Source: Eledone cirrhosa (Eukaryota). From it: a stretch of DNA of 64,000 bases. Below the pieces are notes generated by a model. The model had not been told where the DNA came from and ran no database searches. It saw only the letters and a program-made list of their open reading frames with translations. A program made the position numbers and the translations under genes. Below are positions 40,586 through 54,210 of this stretch, one piece after another. Where the stretch lies: contig OZ024748.1 of NCBI GenBank assembly GCA_964016885.1, positions 14,322,001 to 14,386,000 of the forward strand, written 5' to 3'. Positions within the stretch are counted from its first letter, which is position 1; each line of letters opens with the position of its first letter.

Positions 40586-40850
40586 TCATCCTCACTGTTT
40601 TACGTCCGTTCTTACATGCTAGCATGGGTTAAACGGGTTGTCCTGCTGTGGGCAGTGTCCGGTCGGCTGACCTTGTCTTGCTCATACGGGAACTGATTCT
40701 GGCTTTCATTTCTACAGCTGAGTAAACTGGAGCAATGTGAAATAAAGTGTCTTGCTCAAGGAAACAACACACCACCCGGTCCGAGAATTGAACTCAGAAC
40801 TGTTCAATTGCAAGCCCAATGCTCTAACCACTAAGCCATGCTCTTTCACA
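40583..40850 (-). mobile_element. tRNA-headed SINE with Meta/V-like block and RTE-type tail
   Basis: CTACAGCTGAGTAAACTGGAGCAATGTGAAATAAAGTGTCTTGCTCAAGG. Confidence 0.85.
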
Positions 40851-41467
40851 TATATATATATACACACACACACACACCACACACACTCACATGTGCATAT
40901 ATACATATATGGGCATATGTGTGTGTCTGTCACCTTAAATATCATATTGAGACCAATTAGAAGAAGGCAAGTTGCCAGTTGTTTGTAGCTAAAGCATAAA
41001 TAACTCTCAAGTTGTTTCTGTCTATTTGCTCACATCAGTAGCATATAGTCTATTCAAGCCTGCATATTCAGTTGACAAAGATGTTTCAATTAACAAATAC
41101 AATGATCTAAGGGAAATTTCTCAAATGTGGCAGTAATATGAACTTAGATAGGCTCAGTGGTATTGTGCCGAATGTTATACACAAAATATGTTGTCTCGCT
41201 TTTTGTAAAACCCGACCTGAATGCTTTCAACAGAGTAAATTATGCTAAAGGTACCTAAATGCTAGGTGACATTGTTAAAGTGGGTTATAATTTAAACTTA
41301 TCACCTAAGTAGGGACAAGATTTGAAATAAGAATTCAACAAGCTGGAATAATTACCACAAAGCTTTGCACCTGACACTAACAATTCCATGTATCTACCAC
41401 CCTTTAAAGAAATGAAGTTGACATGAAATTCACAGCTCACAACTTACTGCCAAAATCAACTAGTAAA

Positions 41468-41630
41468 AGACCCAGTGGTGTACTCCAAGCGAGATGTTTG
41501 AATAACATCCATGAGCTTGGCTGGTCTCACTTGGGTATATAGCCTGATTGGAGACAGTTGCTTCTGATGGGACCCACTGGAAGGAGTGTTTGAGGACTCT
41601 ACCCCTACAACCCAAAGAAGAAGAAGAAGA
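41468..41630 (+). mobile_element. 3' end of an RTE-like LINE with (GAA)n tail
   Basis: Degenerate translation NNIHELGWSHLGI...LETVASDGTHWKECLRTLPLQP resembles RTE/Expander C-termini. Confidence 0.5.
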
Positions 41631-41849
41631 CACCTATAATAGTTTAGCTGCTCTCCTACAAGGTAGCATCTCAGAGGATATTTCTCGGTTGTGTAAATGA
41701 GAGGGGTTTTCATTGCTATCATATTAAAACCAATGTGGGATGAAACAACTTGCACAAGAACACAACATGTTGCCTGGTTCAGAAATCAAATCTACAACCA
41801 TATGATCATGAGTCTTATACCCTAACCACTAGGCCACACCTTGCAGTAC

Positions 41850-41890
<41 letters not shown>

Positions 41891-43309
41891 CTAGTAGTGC
41901 TTTATTTTATTGATCCTGAAAATAAAAATGAAAAGTGAAGTTGACCTGGAACTGAAAGCATAGAAAATTTAAACAAATACCACCAGACATTCTGTCCTAC
42001 GCTCCACGAACTGACAAATAATCTTGACAATATTTGAAAGTATTCTAGGCAATACTTTATATTCAAGTTATTTGAATTACATCAAATATTGAAAAATTAT
42101 TAATGTTAGTAATTCTTGCAAGATACAAATCAATATTTTGTTTAGCAATACTTGAATTATTTCATACAAATTTTTTATATTCTATAAAATTCTTGCCATA
42201 TTTTACAATAAATTAATTTCACTAGTATAATAAGAATCCCACATAATAAATTCTGTGAAAATAAGATAACTAATACTTGTGTCTCACAGAGTAAAAGTGT
42301 CATTTAATGTAGTTGTAAATTTTATTTAAAAAAAAATTATACCCAAAATTTCAGATCATAAAATTGGTGAAAGCAGGGTTGGTGCTACCACTAAACTTAA
42401 CTAGGCAACCATCAAGGATGCAGAACCTGAAATAACTACAGCTGTATACGAGTGTGTTTAATTGAATTATATATATAATAATTTCCTGCATGGCCTCAGC
42501 CAGTTGCCTGTAACAGATAAAAGAGTAAAATATATCTCACTAAACATCTTTGTGATATAGCAGCATTGTGGATATACAAACAGTAATGGAGGGATAGAAT
42601 GTTGTTATGAACTGTCACATGATTAGGCATGGGAGTGTGGACTAAGAAATAGAAAATACAGCCTTAACCTTTTAGCCATCACATTACTCAATATTTACTA
42701 TTGTATTTTAATGGTAAAGGCTTTATCTCACATAATATCGAATCTACAAGATTTTGATATTTATTTTGATAATTTAACGCTGATGTGAGCAGCTGGTTAC
42801 AACTAGTTTGAACAGGAAGAGGTGAGAGAATTCTGGCTTGATATGGCTGGTTTTAATATAGTCAGAGCAAGAAATGCCAAAACCTAGGTTCATAAGCTTA
42901 TTATTTTTTGGGGGAAATGAGATGAATACTGTAGGGCTAGCGGAAGGTTCTAAGTATCCAGGTGCTGGCGCTCAGTGTGGCCCATAACACTCTGAGTCTG
43001 AAGGTCAATGCTACATAACCTTGTCTTTGTATAGAATAGTTAGGATTGATATAAACATACACATTGTTGTGTGTTTCAGTGAAATTATGATATCTTGAGT
43101 CCTTTGTTTAATGTTACCTTGTTTATAGTATTTTGAGATATCTTTAAACAATCTCAACAATCTGATAACACATTAGATATCTAAATAACTGATCCTGATG
43201 CTTTGATTTCATGCCAGCTATCATCAAGACCTCCAGTGTCAATGAACCCCTCCCCTCCTCAGATTGCTAAATTGGAAGGCATTCACCCTCCATAAAACTA
43301 GTTCTCCAT

Positions 43310-43900
43310 GAGGTGGAATAGCAGATATAGTGGGTATCATGGCTATTCTACAGAGCAGTGTCTTTGCCATTTTGTCTACACTGAGCAGCTGAGGTATACT
43401 GCTTAGGAAGAGGTGCAATAGCTGATGTGGTAGGTGTCACTGTCTATTCTACACAGCAGTGCCTTTGCCATTTTGTCTACAGGGAGCTGCTAAGGTATAC
43501 TGCCTTGGAAGAGGTGTAATAGCTGATGTGGTGGGTGTCACTAGCTATTCTACATAGCAGTGCCTTTGCCATTTTGTCTGCAGGGATCAGCTGAGGTATA
43601 CTTCCCAGGAAAAGGTGGAATAGCTGATGTAATGGAGATCACTGGTTGTTCTACATAATACCTTTGTCATTTTGTCTGCAGGGAGCCGCTAAGGCACAAT
43701 AGCTAATGGGATGGGTGTCATTGACTGTTCTACATAAAAAATATCTTCACCATTTTCTCTGCAGGGAGCAGCTAAGGTTTACTGCCTAGGAAAAGGTGGA
43801 ATAGCTGATGTAGTGGAGATCACTGGCTGTTCCACATGACAATACCTTTGCCATTTTGTCTGCAAGGAGCAGCTGAGGTTTACTGCCTAGGAAAAGGTGT
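43310..43900. repeat. Diverged ~100-bp tandem repeat, about 6 units
   Basis: Recurring AATAGCTGATGT...CTTTGCCATTTTGTCT.CAGGGAGCAGCTGAGG. Confidence 0.9.
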
Positions 43901-44149
43901 AGAGTTTGTCCCTCCATTCCTACTTTCCCTTTTTCCATTATCTAATTTTTTTCTCCCCACCAGTTTCCTTTTTTCCTGGCTTATCATTTTAATCATTTCA
44001 TCATTGTATACTTCTACTCAACAATAAACATATCTGGTGTCATATCATATTGAAAGACTGATTAGCACAAATGAATTATTTTTTTCATTTTCCTTTAACT
44101 TCTTGGTTATATGTGTATGTATACGAGTGTGTTTTCATTTCACACGCAC

Positions 44150-44190
<41 letters not shown>

Positions 44191-44594
44191 GCATACATAT
44201 AGGTACATGTGTGTAAATATGTGTATGTAGGTGAGTCTGCATAAGAGTATTTGAGTATTTGTACATGTGCATATCATATATATATGTATATACACATGTA
44301 TGTGTGTGTATGCATGTGTCTATATGTATATATTATTGATGTATTTTTATGCCATCCAATATAGTATATGTTAAGTTTATCAATATTTCAAGTGAAAGAT
44401 GTATTTCATACAATATTGTGTTTTTACTTTTTATGTCACTCAACAAACAACAACAACAAACCACAATAAACAATGTCTGAATATTAACGAAGTAATTGAC
44501 TGTTAATAAAATCCTTTATATATTATATATTCATAGCATCTGTCAATAGCGTATATTTGCTGAAATATCATTAATATTAATGAATCGTGTAAGC

Positions 44595-45270
44595 ACGTTA
44601 GTAAAGGAAATGTCTCTTAAAAGATAATTGAAGGTACAGTCATTAGAAACCAGGTTCAACTCCATCATATGGCATTCTTAGCAAGTGTCATTTATCATAG
44701 CTTCAGATCAACCATTAAGCCTCGTGAGTGAAAACTGAGTTAACTGAGGATATTTAGCCTGGATATGTAGTTCAAAAGGTCAGCTTCATCACATACTCTG
44801 TCATCTGAATCTCTCTCAGAATAATGTAATGGTGTACAAGTCTGTGTAATGATCTGGGAGGACCCTTCAGTGGTAGAAAGCTTCCCAAGCAAAGGGTTTT
44901 GAGGAACCATCAGTTGTGTCAATGACATGAAAGCCTCCTTAGTGTTGGTGATCTATATGTTAAAAGCACTGACTACATGCTATAAAGAGGTTGGTGACAT
45001 GAAGGGCATCCAGTTGTAGAAAACTTCCCAAGCAAAGAGTCAGGAGGACATTTCAGACATACCAAGGACATGACAGCCTCTATAATGTTTGGTGATCTAC
45101 AAGATAAACACACACAATACACACTGTAAAGTGGTTGGTGATAGGAAAGGCATCCTACTGTAGAAGGCCCACCAAATAAAGGGTTGGGAAAACCCTTCAG
45201 TTGTGTTAAAGATTAACCAACTTCTCTAGTGTTCATGCCACAATAATATGTACCCAACATACTCTGAAGT
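44595..45270 (+). mobile_element. OR/CORE-like SINE with ~3 internal ~144-bp tandem units
   Basis: GTAGAAA.CTTCCCAAGCAAAG recurs at ~44872, 45016 and 45160. Confidence 0.6.
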
Positions 45271-45969
45271 GTGCAGGAATAAATTTTGGTTTCATTTCTC
45301 TTCATGAGTCATGTATAAATCAGAGAGGAGTAACTCTTGTTTAGTGTTTAGGTGAAAAAAAAACCTATTAACTTCTCTTGTTTTGATCATTTAAACACAC
45401 ACACACACACAATTAAGAAAATCACATGTGAAGAAACAGAAAACTCGGAAAAGACAAACACATGGACAATTTCCACTCATTGGCAATATGTATATATCTG
45501 AGTGTGTGTGTGTATACATAAATATATATATATATATGTATGTATGTATATGTATATATATATGTTAACCACATCATGCTTGTTATGCTTTATTTTTTTA
45601 TTTGGTTTCTACAGCTGAATGCCCTTCGTAACTCCAACCGCTCTACAGTGGAGCATTTTATCATGATTCCAGCATTAACACCTTACAGGTTGGCACCAGC
45701 ATGACCTCCTTACAAGGCAGATATTGCTTTTTGTTGTGGCATCAGCATGACCACTTTTGATGGCGTACTTGGTGTTTTTTATCATGGCACCAGAATTACC
45801 ACATTAAAAGGTGGCCAGAGTGAATTACTATTGTGGCACCAGCAGTGGGGAGGTATTAATGGATGTAGGGGAGAGTCCAGTTCCATAGAAATTTTCTTGT
45901 CACTTATTTTCCATCATTACTTATCAGTATACTAAGATTTTTCCTATTTCTCATCCTATTTAATTATTT

Positions 45970-46196
45970 TCATACCAACCTTCCCTAAAAACGCCCCCTA
46001 GTTCTATGGAACAAAACAAAACATTTTGAAGTATTCCTCTTCAAATTTAAATCTTGGAACACAATTTGATATAAGAACTATAAGTAAAGTTACTGCCTTA
46101 ATCATGAAATATCAAATTTAATAAATCTGTCCAAATTCTTCATTATTAAATTCTAATGAATATATTTCATTAGACTTATGGTTTCAAAAGGGTTAA
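45970..46196 (+). mobile_element. TTAA MITE copy
   Basis: Ends AAAAGGGTTAA; family internal blocks. Confidence 0.6.
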
Positions 46197-46624
46197 GCAA
46201 CATAAAGCTAATGTTTGACTCCAACTCACTCGACTTTGAATTTCTTCCCTTTCACTCACTCTTTCCCTGCAGTTCATTATGACCATTGTTTCACTTACTT
46301 TTATTTTACTTCTCCTACCGACACTCTGTCACTCGTTATCTGTTTTTATCAACCGTAGTGTTTCATTTGTGTGACAGCAACTAAATGCACATTGCTGATT
46401 ATTATTGAATATGTATATCTGTACCTGTGTGTGTGTATGTATGCATGTATGTGTGTGTGTGTATGTATGCATGTATGTATGTGTGTGTATGTATGCATGT
46501 GTATGTGTGTTTATCACCATCTTTCAGTCACCTTCCATGCTGACATGGATTAGGCAGGTCATCATGGCCCAGGATTAGATGGGACAGAGAATGCCTTACG
46601 CATTTATTCTATATTTCTGGATGG

Positions 46625-46925
46625 GTTTTATGATTGCTTGCCTTTCCTGACCAATAAGCAACTGTATGGGAACTTCCATCCAGTATCAGACATCGTCAAT
46701 GAGCAAAAGGTCAGATTCGCAGGGCATTGCTGGAGTGCTGAAATTGTTAGTGAAGTTCTTTTGTGGGAGCCTACAGAAGAAAGAGCTAGCAGAGGACAAC
46801 AAGCCAAGACCTATATCAAGTAGATTTGTGATGACATAAACTGCAATCCCTCTGACCTGCCGAATATGGTTAACAATGGAATAGGATGATGACAGAGTCA
46901 AGGGAATTCATGCAAGCATAATGAC
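46625..46925 (+). pseudogene. RTE-clade LINE reverse transcriptase C-terminal remnant
   Basis: TNKQLYGN...RFAGHCW...VLLWEP...RGQQAKTYI. Confidence 0.75.
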
Positions 46926-47639
46926 CTACTGACTTATTCTTGCTTTTGCTAATGCTACACACATACATATATGTTCCTATTTCTGGTGTTTTAAATAGGT
47001 ACACTGTATTCCTGTCTATTACAAGAGGTGACTAGAAAGTTTAGCATCAAGCAGGAGATCCAGACGATATATACTGCCTCTAAAATGTCTTCACACCATT
47101 TTTACACTACTCACACAAATATGTATGACAAACACACACAGACATATATGCCCAACCTTCACATATATATACATGTGTATATATTTAGGAGGTTGTATTT
47201 TTGCAAGTAGAAATCAATGTATGTTTAAAATGAGTTATGTTTACCAAAAAGATGGTATCACTACACCCAACCATTAATCAATTTTGCCTTCAGTTTCTGT
47301 GTTTTTTATAACAAAAAAGTGTTTTTTCCTTCCTTTGTGTGCATTGTTTTCTTTACATAGTTAATCTCTTCACTAGGGGCAACAACAAATGCAACAATCA
47401 AACTCCCTCTCTCTCTCTCTCTATATATATATATACATACATACACACACACACCTGCATGTGTGTTTATACATATATATGTGTATAATTATATATATAT
47501 ATATATATACACATACATACATAGACACCTGCATGTATGTATATATACATATATATATATATACACATACACACACACATATATATATACACACATATAT
47601 ATATACACTCACATATATATATATACATATGTGTGTGTT

Positions 47640-47706
<67 letters not shown>

Positions 47707-48026
47707 GCAGATTTGTCTTTTTACTGAAATACATTGAGTTATATATTTTGGCAATCAATAAAGCAGTCGGCTAAACAGAAAGAAATGAATCATGTCAGTG
47801 AAGAAAACAATACATAAATTATTCACAATATGTATGTTGTTGAAGCAGTAGATATTGTTTTCACAATATCTTTCTTAACCTACTAAGATATGTATAAGAA
47901 ATATTTAGTACACAATACACTGCAATACACCCCTGTATATGAAATGACTTGAATATACTACAACCACCAACCCATTTTACCCATAATTTTCATTCAAAAT
48001 TTCGGCTATAGTCACATATTATTAAA

Positions 48027-48210
48027 GATAAATTTTCAATTTCTGCTTTGATTTTAATGCGAATGCTGTTCTGTAAATCTTTGCCAATTTAGGAGGGATT
48101 TGTGAATGGTTTAAAGAATATTTTAGAATATTTAGAAGATTTTAGAACTATATAGTATATCGTTAGTTAAAAGCTTTACTAATATAAATTTTAGAGGATT
48201 ACATCAACAT
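48027..48210 (+). repeat. Dispersed direct repeat, second copy at 49923-50105
   Basis: Shared TTTAAAGAATATTTTAGAATATTTAG and GTTAGTTAAAAGCTTTACTAA. Confidence 0.8.
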
Positions 48211-48349
48211 CTGTAATGAGTGAAAAATATGTTAGTCTATGTTTATTTGTAAATATTTTTATATTAATTTGCCCATAATTCTAGTTCAAAATTCTTCATA
48301 TAGTCCCATATCCCTTTAAGTTCTCTAGATATGAATATGTCTAACTTGT

Positions 48350-48640
48350 ATCGGCAGTATCGGTAGAGGGTCGGACGACATGCTTTGAAGCATAGAGTTA
48401 CGGCCCTTGCCATTCTGAGTTAACTTTGCCTTTCATCCTTATGGGGTCGATAAAATAAAGTGCCAGTAATGTACTGGGATAATTGCTGGCCTTGTGCCAA
48501 AAGTAGAAACAATTATATACTAGAAAATACAAGGTTAACTTTGCCTTTCATCCTTACGGGGTCGATAAAATAAAGTACCAGTAATGCACTGGGGTAATTG
48601 CTGTCCATGTGCCAAAAGTAGAAACAATTATATACCAGAA
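48350..48640 (+). mobile_element. Nin/Deu SINE with its 3' half duplicated in tandem
   Basis: Core and tail occur twice. Confidence 0.85.
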
Positions 48641-49089
48641 AGTACAGTACATAGCAATGAGTTAATATAATATATATATTGTGAGATATGTAATAAAAGA
48701 CTGATAAGTTTCAGAAAGCCAGTATAACGTGGCAGAAATATACAAGGGCAAAGGAAGACATATTTAATTGTCATCCTTTTTTTCTACCACATTGTACCAG
48801 CTTTCTGATACTTATCAGTCAATGTATAAAACTATTTCTAACATATAAATCTCACTAGATATTGCAATGTATTCACCAAACATTGTCTATACAAGTTCAC
48901 TTTAATTAAATCATAAAGCCTTGTGTAATTGTTCTCTTTAGTACCACTCTCAAATTGTATTCCAATAAGATTCACCATTTCATAACTTATAAAAGGCACA
49001 ACCTATCATTTTCAAATAATTTTGAAAATAATCAATAAAATATATCTGTGGTAATACAAATAACTTTCTCAGTATTCAGTTGGTGTTAG

Positions 49090-49121
<32 letters not shown>

Positions 49122-51394
49122 TATATATATACACCATTATATACAATTAAAAAAAAAAAACATTAAAAATCTCCCCTGCGTTCAAATATGCCTGTATCAC
49201 CCATGAGGGAACAAACGGTGAGTGAGGACAATCATGGTTAAAAAAAATGTTGTTTGTATTACTATTAGTATTACTAATATAGTAATACATTACAATCTAT
49301 ATAAGCAAATTGATGTTAAACTTATATAAGAGTTTCTGAAAAAACAATGAATTAAATTTTGATAAATTTATGAAGAAATGTGCTAAAATTCTTTTTTCTC
49401 AAAATGTTCATGTAAAACCAGGGAGCATTGTATACGGAAGGGCATTCAATAGGCCAGCAAATATAGTATATAAATTGTTGTGGCAGCTCGCATCCATGCA
49501 GGTGTAGCTGTTTTACATATTTTAATGATAAAAAGTAGCATGAAATAATGCATTTTGCTCAAGTAAACAGTGTGCCACCCAGTTCAGGATCGAACACATG
49601 ACCATATGATAGTAAGTTCAATACCCTAACTACTAGAATATGCACGCTATGCCCCTTAACTCTGTATATGTTTTAGTTCAAATATTTTCTGGACTGTATG
49701 CCTAAGTATTTGTATAATATTGTAAAGATATAAACATAACTGAACGAAATGAATAACAAAATTATCAATGTTTGAATGGAGCTCTGAAATTTAATTACAA
49801 CTATTTTACACAAATGACTGATGGATGGAATTACTTTTAAAATCACTAAGTATGTACTTAAAAAGCACAACAATAAATAAAATAAAACAAGAAAACAATA
49901 CCTTTAAGAGAATCTTATTAGAGATAATTTTTCAATTTCTCTTTTGGCTTTAATGTGAATTCTGTACTGCAATCTTTGCCAATTTGGCAGAGATTTATGA
50001 ATGATTTAAAGAATATTTTAGAATATTTAGTAGATTATCGAACCATGTTCTATATTGTTAGTTAAAAGCTTTACTAACATAATTTTTGAAGGATATATAT
50101 CAACAATATATATGCATTTCAGTTAAACATGTAAACAGTGAAAAGTGCTTGTCAATGTATATTTGTATACAGTTTTAAGTACTGAAGATCTTAAGTAATA
50201 TATTGAAAACACTTCATAGAGTTTTTAGCTAAAAGCGTCACGTGAGTACAACATGGCAGCATATCTTTCAGTATATATATAACACCATTGTGAATATGTG
50301 TGTTTGTATGTACATATATATGTAGAAACAGACATACATGTCTATATATATCTATATATATATGTGTGTATGTATATTAGATTTATTTTTAATGTAATAT
50401 ATTGTCAGTTTGTATATTTTATAAGTAACTATTACAAAAAAAAGAATTATATTACTTCTAGACATATTTTTTTCTGTGTTTATGGAACATTTGGTCTGAA
50501 TTTCTGTTCGTTTACTCTTCGAAAGATATTTTCTTTCTTTCAATTGCTTTTAAAATATTTCCTAAAAATTTATCGATATCTACAAAGTATATTTACATTT
50601 TTTTTTTCTCATTAAAACCTGAAATATTAAATATGCTTTTTTTTTTATTTCATAAACACTAAATATTGGACAAGGTACTTCTGACATTTGAAATTTTATG
50701 AATAAATTATTGGAAATTATTATTGACAATCAGTTTAAGAAAATTGAGAATAGTATGTTTTAAAATCCTAAAATACTTTCAGTGTAACACAATTATGCTA
50801 AATACTTTTAGAATCTAAAAGTTTTTATAAGTTTAGAATATATTCGTCCCATGAATTTATTTCTCTCAGTAACATTGATATACATTTACTGCAAAATATT
50901 TAGACGAATAGTCTATCAACTGTTCCAATTCACCTGAAACAATCCAACAGAAAGTTTACTAACTGTTTAATGTAAAACGATAGAAACGCAGGCAATATTT
51001 GACATAACTATTTTATTGAATGTGGCATGTTAGCAATTATATTATGGCTACAATCATATTTAGTTTGATGAGCAAAGTACCTGTTAAGTGTGTATATATA
51101 TATATATATATATACAGTATATACCTGTAAATTGGTTGTGTATTTCCACATGAAAATACATGGAAAAGTGGCATGCATCTTTATTAGTCTCAATTCAAAA
51201 TATAAGGTATGTTGAATTTAAAATGGTGGTCTGACTTATTTACTGGGCCTCAAAATATATGGTATATTGTAAGTGTTGTCGATAAAATGTAGGTGTGACT
51301 TAAACCTAATGGCAGTGGCTGCGTGAATTCATCTATTGGTATCTATTTTCTTAATTTGTAAACACAAACAAAAACTAGTCTCTCCCCTCTCTCT

Positions 51395-51995
51395 CTATGT
51401 CCCTTGCATGCTAAACTCCTCAGTTTTAAACTCTTATTAATTTTAACCTTGCTAACTATACCTCTCTACATGCATGGCTTGTACTGCTCTCACAAACAAG
51501 TCATCTACCCCTAGTTTTCTAAGTGCCCACCAGCTTATATAATGGGGGATTGTCAAACACATTCTCCAGGTCAAAAAATGTTAAGTAGAGGGGCTTCCTT
51601 TTAGCTTGGTACTTCTACAGTTGCCTCACAAGAAAGAGAGCATCAGTGGAACTTTTATCAGGCACAAATCCAAACTGAATCTCATCTCTGTTAATTTGGT
51701 TCCCAACCAATTGTACAATGACCCTTTCTGTAATTTTCATGACTTGGTCCATCAATTTGATGCCTTGATATTTTCCTCAGTCTAGTGCATCACTTTTGTC
51801 CTTGCAGCAGTTGATACTGCTGCTTCACCAGTCATTCGTTATAGCACCATTTTTATTACTTACAATATGGGTGGATAAGGTGTGCTCTACCATCCCAGAT
51901 GCTTTCAGCATCTCAGTAACTATTTCCAATGGCCCAGCTGCTATGCATCTTTCTTACTGAAGTTCTTCCTTAAAGGTATCTCTTATTTCTTCCAA
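51395..51995 (-). pseudogene. RTE-clade LINE reverse transcriptase remnant (absent from the ORF track because of stops)
   Basis: Manual translation: AAGPLEIVTEMLKA...YQGIKLMDQVMKITER...QFGFVPDKSSTDALFLVRQL...FDLENVFD...WWALRKLGV. Confidence 0.85.
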
Positions 51996-52203
51996 ACATA
52001 AACACATTGAGTTTCGTGTAAAACTATATGGCATTTATATACTCTCTTATATAGCTCCCTATATACAAACGTATTTATATATTTTTACTCTTGATCATCA
52101 TCATCATCATTATCATCATCGTTTAACGTCCGTGTTCCATGCTTGCATGGGTTTGGACGGGAGTTTTCCCACTTGAGGCAAGAGTGGTTGTCTTGCTCGC
52201 ATA

Positions 52204-52770
52204 GGACTGTCTGGCGGGTTTTCTACAGTTGGATGCCCTTCCTAACACCAACCACATTTACAGTGTGGGGCTGGGAGGTTTTTACCGTGTTGCCTACACG
52301 GCCACATTACAGCGTGGACTGTCTGGCAGGTTTTCTACAGCTGGATGCCCTTCCTAACACCAACCACATTTACAGTGTGGGACTGGGAGGTTTTTACCGT
52401 GTTGCCTACATGGCCACATTACAGCGTGGACTGTCTGGCAGGTTTTCTACAGCTGGATGCCCTTCCTAACACCAACCACATTTACAGTGTGGGGCTGGGA
52501 GGTTTTTACCGCGTTGCCTACACGGCCACATTACAGCGTGGACTGTCTGGCAGGTTTTCTACAGCTGGATGCCCTTCCTAACACCAACCACATTTACAGT
52601 GTGGGACTGGGAGGTTTTTACCGTGTTGCCTACATGGCCACATTACAGCGTGGACTGTCTGGCAGGTTTTCTACAGCTGGATGCCCTTCCTAACACCAAC
52701 CACATTTACAGTGTGGGGCTGGGAGGTTTTTACCGTGTTGCCTACACGGTCACATTACAGCGTGGACTGT
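52204..52770. repeat. 112-bp tandem repeat x5 inside a minus-strand SINE (52095-52800)
   Basis: Units start GGACTGTCTGGC at 52204, 52316, 52428, 52540 and 52652. Confidence 0.95.
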
Positions 52771-52837
52771 GTGTTTTTTTGTCGTGACACCTACACGATC
52801 ATGGTATCTACTCTATTGCAGCTACAACTATATATAT

Positions 52838-52908
<71 letters not shown>

Positions 52909-53037
52909 TATTTATTTATTTATTATTAGAACAGATTAAAGTTTAGGCACAGAATTTCTGCTTTCACCCTATTGCGGGATCTTCTGTATACAATCCTTAT
53001 TGAATCATCTTCAGATTTTGGTCTTCAGAATTATTAT

Positions 53038-53075
<38 letters not shown>

Positions 53076-53668
53076 GAACAGATATAATCGGAACTAAATA
53101 ATATAATAATAATGATAATAATAATAATAATAATAAGCATATGATCAATGAAATAATAATTTAGAATAGTATATAAAACAAACGCCCATATTGTAAAACA
53201 AAGAGAAATACACTTCCACTGGAGAGAAAATTGAAAAATGGAAATAGCAAGGAGAGGGAGAGAATTATATGTGTGTGAAAAGCAAGGAGGCTTTCTTTTT
53301 TTTTTTTGGATTTTTTAAAGTAAAGTAAAAATAAAAGCTACAGAAATAGAAAAAGAATGAATAATGGTAGGGAGGACATGATTAGCTTGGTGAGACGACG
53401 ACCTGTGTTGTGTCATAAAAATGAGACTAAACGAGGAGAGAGAGAGCTGTGTCGAAAAATAATCATAAACAGAGCAAATGATAAACCAGATGATTAATAT
53501 TATTATTATTAAAAAATGAGGAGCAATCATCGGAGAAAAATAATAAATAAGTAAATTAAAATGAAATAAAGTAAAGTAAACTTTTTCTAAGTAATATTAG
53601 AGTTTGAAAAAAAATGTTTTTAGAAATTTTTTTGAAAATATATAAAATTTGCTGTAAATTCCACTTAC

Positions 53669-53680
53669 CATTGGGATAAA
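53669..53680 (-). CDS. Candidate 12-nt microexon TTTATCCCAATG (FIPM in phase 0)
   Basis: TTATTCTTGTTTCTAG|TTTATCCCAATG|GTAAGT. Confidence 0.5.
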
Positions 53681-53938
53681 CTAGAAACAAGAATAATAAG
53701 AATAAAAATATAAATTAAATTTAAAAAAAAATAATAATCAATTTTTTGAAATTTAATAGAATTTATTTTAAATGATTTTGCATTTTTTTGAAATTTAAGA
53801 AAAAGTGTTTAACGTGGGGGAGAGGTGGTTCGGATGGGGTTTTCATTTCTCGGTAAGCTAAGCATGTCCTTTTTTTTTTGTAAAAAAAAAAAAAAATCCC
53901 ATTTTTCGTATCATTTTTTAGCTTAAAGTCAAACTTAC

Positions 53939-54066
53939 TTTGTGTGATGACCAAGTTGATGACTGTACATAATATAGTGACAACAATGAGGGGGTGGTGG
54001 TGGCGTTGTATCAGTCGTTCATACTACTGTGCTAACTGCAACTTTGCCTGCTATTTGGCGGGAAGA
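53939..54066 (-). CDS. Candidate exon; in phase 0 it encodes C-terminus SSRQIAGKVAVSTVV* (54066-54019) followed by 80 nt untranslated
   Basis: Acceptor TTTTGTCAATTTGTTCACAG|, donor AAA|GTAAGT, high-complexity CpG-retaining sequence. Confidence 0.45.
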
Positions 54067-54210
54067 CTGTGAACAAATTGACAAAACGATTGGTTTTCTC
54101 TCCTGTGCTTGGTTGTGTACGTTTTTTCATCATTTTTTTCCTTTTTTTCCATTTATTATTATTATTTCATTAATATGTTTTCCTTTGTGCAAAGCCTACT
54201 ACAACTCACC

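Noticed and set aside
52204-52770. Regular array resembling CRISPR or a repeat protein
   Set aside because: No unique spacers, eukaryotic context, and the 112-bp unit shifts frame and derives from a SINE
53315-53530. Hydrophobic ORF end resembling a GPI or tail anchor (SSSHQANHVLPTIIHSFSISVAFIFTLL*)
   Set aside because: T-rich DNA yields hydrophobic peptides by default; the possible acceptor near 53403 is weak
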